Made by a program: the position numbers and the translations under genes. The notes beneath the pieces are model-generated. The model searched no databases, had not been told where the DNA came from, and saw only the letters and a list, made by a program, of their open reading frames with translations. From assembly GCF_009914755.1 (NCBI RefSeq), contig NC_060937.1: 64,000 bases of DNA, one strand, 5' to 3'. Source of the DNA: the human T2T-CHM13v2.0 reference genome, Homo sapiens. Position 1 is the stretch's first letter, and the number at the start of each line of letters is the position of its first letter. Positions 1-16,995 of this stretch are shown one piece after another.

Positions 1-371
1 GGCACTGGCTTCCTGGCTTCAGAGCCCAGAGGGAAACGCAGCAGCTGGGACTCCCACTTAGTTGTATTAAACATGCTACCTCCAGTGTCCTGGAGACTGT
101 GGCTGCATGCCTGCTTTCTCACCAGATGCAAAGAACTAAGACAAAACAACTCCTTAATGTTCACCGTGTCCCCTGATGAATTTTGGGCTACTCTCCCGAG
201 CATAGAATCCTCTAACAGCACCAGGCATCAAGTTTGGCTGAGATCTGTTCCTGTAGAGTCCAAGTCTTAGATGGAGGCTTGAGCTGGAACAGCTTGGTAT
301 TACTATTCCCTTTGTGAATAGTGACAATGTTAATAGCTGTGTCTGCTGATGTGTGTTCAGTGTTCATCACT

Positions 372-575
372 CCAGAGCTGTGCTATCCACTAGGGAGCCA
401 CTGGTCCCATGTAACTATTTACATTACAATTAAAATAATTAAATTAAGAATTTAATTATTCAGTCACAGTTGCCACATTGCAAGTGTTCAGTGGCTGCAT
501 ATACCTGGTGGCTTCTGTATTGGACACCACAGATGTGGGACATTTTCATCCTCACAGAAAGTTGGCTGGACAGCC
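372..575. mobile_element. MER3-like hAT-Charlie DNA transposon fossil
   Basis: Sequence ctgtgctatccactagggagccact...aaataattaaattaagaattt...gtattggacaccacag...ggacagc resembles the recalled MER3 consensus. Boundaries approximate. Confidence 0.6.
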
Positions 576-2443
576 ATGCTCTAGTCCAGAGCTTTGTGTA
601 CATTGTTATATACTCCCATGGTGTTTTGGAGTGGGAATTATTATCCCCAGTTTGTAGATGAAGATGTTGGGGCTTAGGCTGAATAATTGACCCCAAATCA
701 CAGTTTTAAGTGACAAAGCTGGGAACTCAAAGCTGGACCCCTCGGACTCTCCTGGAGCTCTGGACTCGTCCACTGGATCTGGACTTGTCAGCCTACAGGT
801 GGTAGTGAGCCTTGAGTGTGCAGGAAATCTTCCCTCCCTGTGGCAAGAGGCAACCCTGGGTGAAAAGATGGAGAAGAGTGGAGACACACAGAGGGTGTGG
901 ACAGAGGCTCCAGAAGGATGCAGCACATCTAGTGCAGCACAGAGAGATCGAGTCGCATTGCACAGTGGCACCATGAGGTCATTGGTCTTTGCGAGGGCTG
1001 TTTCAGCCTACTAGAGGGGGAGAAAGCTGGATATCACGGCTTTGAGGAGTAAATGAGAGATGAGGGAGAGGAAGGAGATGGGGGTTGGGCAGCTAGAAAG
1101 AGACATGAAATGAAAAGACAGGACACTTTTAGGCTTGAGGAAGCTCGACCCTATTAATAGACTAAGGTAAAGACTGTGTGGGAACCAGGCTGGAAGCAAC
1201 TTTGGGGTGGGGGCCGTCCCTGAGACACATGCCCTGCCTGGAGGGGGCCACCACCATCCTGTCCCAGCTGATTGCTGCTGGGAGACCATATTAGCTTTCT
1301 GTTGCCAGAGTCCACACATCTGGATTTTTATGTGAAATGTGCCAAATTCTAAACACGTTTAAAATAACATGTGTTTCCATAAAAAGCACACATCCCGTTG
1401 CAGAACAATGTGAATGTCTTTAATGCTGCACAACTGTACACTTAAGAATGGTTAAAATGGTACAATTTTTGTGTTTTTTACCAAAAAACAAAAAGCACAT
1501 ACCACTGGGCCACTTTGGCACACAAGCTGTGAGTTTGTGACTTCTGGGCTAGGGGAATAGATCCTGCATTACTCTCTGCCTTGGCTGTGCAATAGAATCC
1601 TAAACCCCAGGCCATACCTTGGAACAATGAAGTCAGAATGTCTGGAGGAGGGACCCAGGTAGCAGAATTGTTTAAAATGAAAAAGTGATCTCATTTTACA
1701 GCCAATGTTGAAAAGGTGAAATAATTAGCAATTAGGATAGAGACAGGAAGAAACAGCATAAGAATCCATGTGTAGGGAACTTCTGTTTCTGGGACTGGAG
1801 GGACAAAAGTGAGGATGTATATGGATTATGCTAAATTAGGGGTGTGAGGATACCACAGCAAGATTAATGGAGAATTTCATGATGTCCAAGACTTGAGCTC
1901 AGCTATTCTTTAACTTTTCTAGTTGCAAAGTGGGAATGATATATGCACCTACCTGGCTATGTCATCATGTCTTTGTGCTTCTGAAAATCTGTTTGTTCCC
2001 GGGGAATTCATTTTGTACAGATGTGTTGTAAAGCAAAAGAGTCATACTCATTAGTGATAATCTTCTAGGAATTACTTTACTTTTCAATTTCTATCCCTAC
2101 TGTTCTACTAGAGAAGTTATTAATTCATTTTGGAGAAAACAGAAAATTAGAGAAATGGATTTGTGAGCAAACAAATCAGGAAAAACAATGAAATCTAAAT
2201 GTATACAGCCACTAACAAAGCTTTTAGTAAACTGAATGTACAAAGTGTTCACTGAGTATAGACAGTTATTTCAGAAAATGTAATTATCCCTTTTAACACG
2301 AAAATGTTAAAAGTCCATTAATTATCAAATATTCAAAGAGTTGCCTTTGGAGTAGACAAAGACCTGAGGCATTCTTCAGAGGAAGCATTTTTATTAAAGA
2401 AGAGATTATTTATGTATACTAAAAACTAGAGAAGGCTTTGAAT

Positions 2444-2483
2444 AATTCAGGGGGGAAATAAAGTTCTATTTCCCCCCTGAATT
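2444..2483. repeat. Perfect 17-bp inverted repeat with 6-nt spacer
   Basis: aattcaggggggaaata (2444-2460), spacer aagttc, tatttcccccctgaatt (2467-2483); the arms are exact reverse complements. Confidence 0.95.
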
Positions 2484-3967
2484 TAATGTAGCTTGAAGTG
2501 ATGTAAGCTCATGTCTAAAATATTAGTTTAATATGAGAACAAGCCTCTTTCCAGTAGGAAGATGTTGCTCATTTAGCTTTCCTTGTAAGCAAAAGCAATT
2601 GTTTGTAAACCAGCTTGGCTGCACTTTGAGTCAATTGGTTTTGGACTAGCTTCTAATCAAGAGATGCAAATGCTTTCTTGTCAGCAGTTTCATTGGCTTA
2701 GACCTGTCTGCTGAGGGAGATTTATATTGATTCCTGATAACTTAAGATGCTCTGTTGGGCATGCTTTATAAAATTTGTGAAGCTAGTGGAGTGCTGGGAG
2801 CTGAGAATCTGTTGATATGTGAAAGAGCCACAGAGTCCAGGCAGGCTCAGGAAAATGGTTGCTTAGTAATTTGGGCATTTGCAGATGAATTCTCATCTTA
2901 CCCAAGACCCAACCAGTGAAAGGAGCTTATGAAAATGAGGCCAAGATAGTGACACCTTTTTCGATAAGGGATACATGTATGAGGAAATTTTAGGGGAGCA
3001 TATGTAGTTCAGACATACAGCTAAGACACTGAATACAAAATTGGCCTCATTAACAAAGTCCCTTGCCAGCTTCCCAAGCCCAGAAAAATATCCCTCAGCA
3101 ATCTCTAAGAAGGAGGAGGTCGCAGGTTTGAAGAGGCTTAGATTTGACTTGTTGGGGATGGGAATGGAGGAGTCTATGAATCTGGGTCACAGTTTGGTGA
3201 GGGTTGGGTCTTCTGCTCCAGCAGTCCTCTCTACAGGTGTCCACAGGGCCCACAGGAGGCTGGATGGGGAGGATGAGGGTGGACGGCAGCCACCTCACTC
3301 CTTCTGCTGGGGAGACAGTATGAGGGGTGAGGATGGGGTGAACAGGGAAGCACATGCGAATCTTAAAGAGAGCCAGCTGCTGCATGGGACTGCAGGGCCA
3401 TGTATGCCAGGGTGTCTCATTCTCTAACAAGTCAGGCTTTGGGCCTTTTTTTTGTTTTGTTTTGTTTTTTTTTTTTTTTGCAGAATTGCCTGATTTGTGC
3501 ATGTTGATAATGAGTTCAAATCATGACATTGTGAGGGGCAAATAAAACACCTATGAGGGTCAGATTTGGCCTGTGTGCCTGGCCCCTCTGCCCCCTACCC
3601 TACTTTCCTAACCAGGGCTTATATGGAAGGAGGTAGTGGAATCTTCGGCTGCCTGGGAGGTGTTGTGAACTGGCAGGAGGATGTCTTGTGGATTGGGGCT
3701 TCACTGAGTGAGTCACTCATTCAACATGTATCTATGAATTGCTCTGTGCCAGGCACAAGATGTTTTGGAGGTGTGGGGAATTACAGGCCAGGGAGATGTT
3801 GGAGGCCTGGGACTTCGGAAGGAGCTGTGTTTGTGGAGTGACTCTTTTCTATGCAATTAGGGACAGAGTCTATGTGAGAGGATGGGGGATGGTATTGGCA
3901 AGTTCAGTCCTGGTTGGAGAGTGAAGGACTTTACAGTTGCTCAGGAGTGTGGATTTTGCTCTAAGAG

Positions 3968-4644
3968 TGAGAGGTGAAGCCAGCTGGACTTACTGGGTGT
4001 AGTGGGGGCATGAGAACTTTTCTGTCTAGCAGAAGGATTGTAAATGCACCAATCAGCACTCTGTAAAACCACACCAATCATCAGTCTGTGTCTAAAGGAT
4101 TGTAAATGCACCAATCAGCACTCTGTAAAAATGTACCAATCAGCAATCTGTGTCTAGCTAAAGGATTGTAAATGCACCAGTCAGCACTCTGTAAAAACGC
4201 ACCAATCAGTGCTCAGTGTCTAGCTAAAGGATTGTAAATGCACCAATCAGCACTCTGTAAAATGGACCAATCAACACTCTGTAAAATAGACCAATCAGCA
4301 GGACATGGGCGGGGACAAATAAGGGAATAAAAGCTGGCCACCCCAGCCAACAGCGGCAACCCACTTGGGTCCCCTTCCAGGCTGTGGAAGGTTTGTTCTT
4401 TCGCTCTTCAAATCTTGCTGCTGCTCACTGTTTGGGTCAGCACTACTTTTATAAGCTGTACCACTCACTGCGAGGGTCTGCGGCTTCATTCCAGAAGTCA
4501 GCGAGACCACGAACCCACTGGGAAGAACAAACAACTCCGGATGCGCCACCTTTAAGAGCTGTAGCACTCACCACGAGGTCTGCGGCTTCATTCTTGAAGT
4601 CAGCGAGACCAACAACCCACCAGAAGGAATAAATTCCGGACACA
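3968..4644 (+). mobile_element. ERV9/LTR12-family solo LTR
   Basis: Starts tgagaggtgaagccagc, ends ccggacaca (TG...CA). 4-bp TSD agag (3964-3967 / 4645-4648). Tandem accaatcagcactctg units, GC box gggcgggg, AATAAAA TATA-like box, and U5 repeats ggtctgcggcttcattc...gaagtcagcgagacc. Confidence 0.9.
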
Positions 4645-4939
4645 AGAGCAAGAGGGAACCACTTAGCAGAGAACTGTCGTGATCACATTCGCATATTTAC
4701 AAGCTGCTGCTGCTGGGCAGAGAAACAACATGAGGCAGGGGACCCAGTGCATGCTTGAGGGCTAGACTTTTAAGAATTTTTGCTCATTTAAGACTGCTGC
4801 TATGTTAAGGTATGCAGTTAGGGTCCCTGCTGCTCTTGATCATGTGGGATAGAATGTGAATAAACATCACAGAGTCAAATGTGTGTAGGTTAGACTTGTC
4901 TTCCCTGTCCAGCTGTTTTCTTTATTTTCTTTCCATTGA

Positions 4940-5258
<319 letters not shown>

Positions 5259-6334
5259 CGTGAGCCACTGCGCCCGGGTGTTTCTTCAATGTCTTTAAAA
5301 TTTAATTTAATTTAGACTGTGAGCCTTTTTCCTGCTCTGGGCCGGCAGGAGCTTTAAACCTGGCTACTTCTTATCCTTTTTCCCTCCTTCCCCTTTGTTT
5401 AAAGGTCCTGGGTTGGAGGCAGCACCCAGGTAGTAGAGACATCCCTCTGATCCTGTGTCTCAGGTCCACAGCAGTTACCTCTGAGATGTCAAGGGTTTCT
5501 TAGGATCAGCCAGTGTGATTCTGTCTCTGTACCTGGGAACTTGTGCAATCCTGGAGCCCAGCCTAGGCTTGGCTGAAGCTGCTCCTCCCTTTCTAGGCTC
5601 AGCTGGCTTTGAGAGCAGCCAGCACAGAGCCTGCCTACCTCTAGGAACTACAGTCTGCTCCTTTGTGGGCCTGGGAAATTTACTTTGGGGGACTCTCTCA
5701 ATCTCCCTTCTCTTCTCTGTAGTTCCCACAGTGACACCTCTTCTGGCCTGAAACTTTTTTTCCCCTCCATGGGCTGAAGCATTTGGAAACCAAAACCAGG
5801 AAGGGAAGTGTCTTAGCAGCAACTCCTCCTCTGCAGTCACAAAGCTCCCCAGGGAATCATGGAGCCTGCCTGGGGGAGGTAGATGGAGAAAGGGAAAACA
5901 GAAGAAAGACATTGCTATTTCAACAAATGTTTTTTCCATGGTGGCAAGTTGATATTAGTGTTTGGTTTCAGAGCCAAAAGACAGCAGATAAGAGGACTGC
6001 CGGAGGGAGGAGGAGGTGAAGGAGGGAACGAGCACTTGCCTAGTCTGAGCAGCCTTTTCCAGCTGGTGGGGGGTAAGAAGAGATGGTTTTGACGGCTGCA
6101 CATGGACTAGAAGCAGGGAGATTTACAGCATTGCATACTGTGAGCATATCCCACACTTGCATACTTCCAGGAAGGTACTATTGACTATTTCCTTAATAAT
6201 TGTATTTTCAGTGGTTCATGGCCACTTCCAACAGCTTGGGTTATGCCTGACCATTTCTAAGACTCAGTTTGGCCATCCCTCGCATGCTCCCCTGGGCCCT
6301 TGGATAATGAGTCCTAGTTGCTCATATTTAAAAT

Positions 6335-7490
6335 TTTCTTTTTATTGTGGTAAAATATACACAACATACAATTTTCTGTCTTACCCATTTTTAAGTGTAC
6401 AGTTTAGTGGCATTAACTACATTGAACCATCACCACCATCCGTCTCCAGAAGTCTTTCATCTTGCAAGACTGAAACCGTCCCCGTTAAAAAACTTTCCAT
6501 CTCTCCCCACAGCCCCTGGCAATGACCATTTTACTTTCAGTGAATTTGGTGACTCTAGGTACCTTATGTGAGTGGAATCATACAGTATTTGTTGTCACCA
6601 CCAGTATGTGTTTTTTCATTGATCTTTTTCTCTTAGCAACATGTCCTCAAGGTTCCATGTTGCAGGATGTGTCAGAATTTTCTTCTTTTTAAAGGCTGAA
6701 TAATATTTCATTGTATGTATATATCACATTTGTTTATCCATTTATCCATAGGGGGATATTTGGGTTGATTTCACATTTTAGCTATTGTGACTAATGCTGC
6801 TGTAAACACAAGTATACCAATATCTCTTTGAAACTCTGATTTCAATTCTTTTTGTGTATACCTAGAAGTGGGATTGCTGGATCATGTGGTGATTCTAATT
6901 TTATTTTATTTTTTGAGGAATTGCCGTACTGTTTTCTCTAGCAGCTGTACCATTTTATAATCCTACCAACAATGCACAAGTGTTTCAGTTTCTTTACATC
7001 TTAGCCAATACCTGTTATTTTGTTATTCTCCTGTGCATTGTCTGTTTACTCTATTGATAGTTTCTATTGCTGTGCAGAAGCTCTTTAGTTTAATTAGGTC
7101 CCTCTTGAGGGAAGGGTGTGTCCTAGGTTTTCTTTTAGGATTCTTATATTTGAGGTCTTATGTTTAAATCTTTAATCCATCTTGAGTTAATTTTTTTATC
7201 TAGAGAAAGGTAGGGGTCCAGTTTCATTCTTTTGCATATGGCTAGCCAGCTATCCCAGCACCATTTATTGAATAGAGACTCCTTTCCCTGTTATCTTTGT
7301 TGACTTTATTGAAGATGAGATGGCTGTACATGTGTGGCTTTATTTCTGGGTTCTCTATTCCATTCCATTGGTTTGTGTGTCTATTTTTGTACCATATGTT
7401 ACTGTCTTCTTTTTTGCTTGGTTGATTTTCTTTGTAGTGAAATATTTTAGTTTCATTTCTTCTCATTTTCATTTATGTATATTCTATAGT
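6335..7490 (-). mobile_element. Old L1 (L1M-type) 3' fragments
   Basis: L1M 3'-end-like text (ttttattgtggtaaaatatac...aagtgtacagtttagtggcattaa, gggattgctggatcatgtggt) plus ORF2 C-terminal remnant ORF 7242-7472 (QWNGIENPEIKPH). Confidence 0.75.
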
Positions 7491-7504
7491 TTATTTTAAT
7501 GTTT

Positions 7505-13043
<5,539 letters not shown>

Positions 13044-13084
13044 AGTTTGTTTCTTTGTGGTTTTCATAGGGCTTACATTTATTT

Positions 13085-13830
13085 ATTTAATTCTTGAAAG
13101 TTTTACTTGTAATTGACAAATAATATACATATTTATGGGGTACCATGTGATATTTCAATATGTGCATAATTGTGTAATGATCAAATCAGGACAGTTAGCA
13201 AATCAGTCACAAACATTTGTCATTCCTTTGTAGTGAGAAGATTCAAAATTCTCTCTTCTAGCTATTTTGTAATATAGATTGTATTATTGTTAACTGTAGT
13301 CACCCTACTGTGCAATAGAAATCAGAACTTATTCCTCCTAACTGTAACTTTGTACCCATTGACTAGCTTCTCCTCATCCTCTTCTGCCCCATCCCCCACC
13401 AGCCTCTGGTAACCACTATTTTACTCTCTATTGCTATGAGACCAACTTTTTTAGATTCCATATATGAGTGACATAATGTGGTATCTGTCTTTATGTGTTT
13501 GGCTTACTTCACTTAACATAATGTCCTCCAGGTTCATTCATGTTGTTGCAAATGACAGTATTTCATTCTTTTTAATAGCTGAATAGTATTCCATTGTGTA
13601 TATCTACCACATTTTCTGTATCCATTTATCTGTTGATGGATACTTAGGTCGATTTCATGCCTTGGTTACTGTGAATAGCACTGCAGTAAACTTGGGAGAG
13701 TAGATATGTTTTTGACGTATTGCTTTCATCCTTTGGGTGTATACCCAGTAGTAGGATTGGAGGATCATATGGTAATTCTATTTTTAGTTTTTTGAGAAAT
13801 CTCCATACTGGTTTCCATAGCAGTTATACT
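13085..13830 (-). mobile_element. L1MA-like 3' fragment
   Basis: tttatggggtaccatgtgatattt...ttctagctattttg...gtcaccctactgtgcaataga, typical of an L1MA 3'UTR. Confidence 0.7.
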
Positions 13831-13946
13831 ACTTTTAGCATTTCTTGCACGGCAGGTATAGTGGTAATGAAATTCTTTGACTTTTGTTTATCTGGGAATG
13901 TCTTAATTTTCTTCTCACTTTTGAAGGACAGTTTTGCTGCCCATAG

Positions 13947-14292
<346 letters not shown>

Positions 14293-14329
14293 TAGCGCTT
14301 TAAATATATCAGGTCCATTCACTTAAGTT

Positions 14330-15240
14330 AGGACCTGGATGTCACCCTTGACCTCACATCTGAGCCATCACCAAGTTTTGCCACTTCTCCCTCCTAAATA
14401 GCCACAAATATTTTTACTCTCCTTTCCGTCTGCTGCCATTGTCTTCTCTTTACTGCATACCTCTGATAGCCTCCCAGTCCTTCTCCTTCCTTCTACGCAG
14501 CCCACTCTAACCTGTCCTCAGGCTGCAGCCAGAGCTCTGTTCCCAAAGTGCAGAGATGGTTGTTCCCCAGTTCCGCTGAACACTTGTCAGCAGCGTTCTA
14601 CAGTCCTTAGGGTAGGATCAGGCTATTTAATGTAGGGAGGGTGCCAGCCCTTGCCCATATGCACATGCTTATCTCTCATTCCCTCTCACAGTCATTATTC
14701 AGGCCACACTGAGCAGCATTCAGTTCCTGGAAAACTGCTCTTCTTGCCCTTTTTGCTGGGATGCTTCTCATAAGAACTTTGGCTTTTATTCTCAGTGAGC
14801 TGAAGAGCCACTGGAGGGTCTTGAAGAGAGGAGTGATATGATCTAATTTCCAGTTTTAAAAAGATCCTTCTGGCTATAGGGTTCATCATAAACCACAGGA
14901 TGGGATCTGGGACATTGTTCCAGGGATCTCACTGAGGAAAGATGGTGGCTTTGATGGTGGTGGCTATGGAGGTTGGGAGAAGTAGTCAGATGCTGGATCT
15001 ATTTTTAAAAAGATACCTGACAGAACTAGATGACAGGTTGCACGTGGAATGCGAGAGAAAGGAGGAGTCAGGGGTGACTCCAGGCTGTTTGCCCTGAGCA
15101 AATGGAAGGATGAGCTTGACATCAACTGAAACGCAGGCAGATATGGGTAGAGCAGCTTTGGACAGAGGTGGTGGGAGTGAGCAGAAATATCAGCAGTTTA
15201 GCTTTGTGCAAGTTAAGCTTGAGATCTGTTCAACATCTGT
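14330..15240. mobile_element. L2 fragments
   Basis: L2-like phrases (gagccactggagggtcttgaagagaggagtgatatgatc; ggagtcaggggtgactccagg...cctgagcaaatggaaggatg). Highly diverged. Confidence 0.6.
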
Positions 15241-15245
15241 GCTGA

Positions 15246-15770
15246 TGTGGCAGGCAGAACAGTGGCCCCCCCAAAATGTCCATATCCCAGTCCCTGGAAC
15301 CTGTGAATATGTTCCCTCATGTGGCAAAAGGGACTTTGCACATGTGATTAAGGTAAGGATATTGAGTTGGAGAGATTATCCTGGATGATCTGAGTAGGTC
15401 CAATGAAATCTCTAGGGTCCTTGTAAGAGGGAGGCAGGAGTGTCAAAGTCAGAGGAGGAGATGTGATGATCAAAACAGAAGCTGGACTGATGTGCTTTGA
15501 AATAGAAGGAAGGGGCTACAGCTAAGCATTCAGGTCGCCTCTGTATCTCACATTTTGTGAGATACATTTCTCCAGCTTTTTGATGGAAGAGGTATGGAAA
15601 TGGATTCTTCCTGGAGTGTCCAGAAAGAATGCGGCCCTGCCAGTGCCATGACTTTTGTTTTTTAAGACCCATCTTGAACTTCTGACCTCCAGAACTGCAA
15701 GATAATAAATTTGTGTTGTCTTGAGCCAGTAAGTTGTAATTTGTTACAGCAGTTATAGGAAATGAATGCA
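15246..15770 (+). mobile_element. MLT1D-like MaLR solo LTR
   Basis: Starts tgtggcaggcagaac...gccccccaaaatgtcc; contains gggactttgcacatgtgattaagg; ends ttgttacagcagttataggaaatgaatgca. Confidence 0.8.
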
Positions 15771-16789
15771 GTGAAGATATTGAGTGGGCTGTATTATACA
15801 TACGTCTGGGGCTTAGGGAGAGCCTACCTTCCTTCACTTCAGCTGTCACTCATCACTCAGCAAAATGACCGTGTTCTTTTGGCAGCCTCAGCTGTCTTAA
15901 TAGTAAACATCTGGGAACAGTTTTTAGAAGGTAGGCTAAGTGGATTTCCCAAAATGTACAGTATATGTTTTCTGCTCTTGGCTGGTGTTTCCTGCTTATA
16001 CCACAATTGATACACTATATACCCATATATACTATATACTATATGCTTTTCAATTTATACAGAATTTGATTATCTATTACAAAGTGGTTTCAGATGATAT
16101 GAAAATAGGAAAAGTTCTATTCTGAAGCAGAAATAGTGATAGTTGCAGGATGTAACAGTTAATAGCAGGGACAGATGCAGGGAAAATTAAAGTAAAAAGT
16201 GAGATGCAAGGGCTTTCATACAGTCATATTTGAGCAAATAGTTTAGGAGCAAACAGATCTTTAAATCTAGCAGTTAATCCCTCCATTAGATCGTCATGCT
16301 GAGTTCAGTGACCAATGTTCAAAATGATCACCTTAAGTCACTGTGAAAATATTAGATTACTTTTGATGCACTCTTTCAGAAACTAGAAAATTCTACAGTA
16401 CATTTTACAAGCTCCCTCTTGACATAATTCAAACTTTAAAGTGCATTGGCTCTTAAATATGCTTCAGTTGCTAGAAAATCAGTTTATCTGGTACACTTAG
16501 TTCCCCAGTGATGCTAGGTAATAGAGCACCATTGAACTTTAGCAGTGGATAAATTCATGAATAAGAATGTAAGATATTCAAAGATTAGACTCCAATTGCG
16601 CACCAACCCTATTGTGAAAGCCTTTCCCTATAGAACTATAAACAACTAAAAGTACAGTTAAAATAGTTCAAGAAGAGCAACACACTGAGAGTTCACGCCT
16701 CAAGTTAGACCCGAAGCAACAGCTTTGCTATAGAGATTGGAATGGATGGGACTTTTTTTGTTTTAATGTTTTAATTTAAGAAACAGTTA

Positions 16790-16995
16790 CATGCCGCTTA
16801 CTGTGTGCCTAACACTTCTAAGCCTTTTGCATAAATTAATGATTTAGTTTTCATGAAGCAACTCTGAGTAAAGTACTATCATTGTTCCCATTTTACAGAT
16901 GGCAGAACTGAGGCACAGATAGATCAAGTAACCAGCTCAAGTGCATCCAGCTGGCAAGTCTGGATTCAAGTCCAGGGAGTCCATGCCCTTAGCCA
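16790..16995 (-). mobile_element. MIR
   Basis: MIR core cccattttacagatggcagaactgaggcacaga...aagtaacc. Confidence 0.7.

Noticed and set aside
4021-4300. Regularly spaced repeats resembling a CRISPR array
   Set aside because: The units repeat in full without unique spacers; they are the U3 tandem repeats of LTR12 in eukaryotic DNA.
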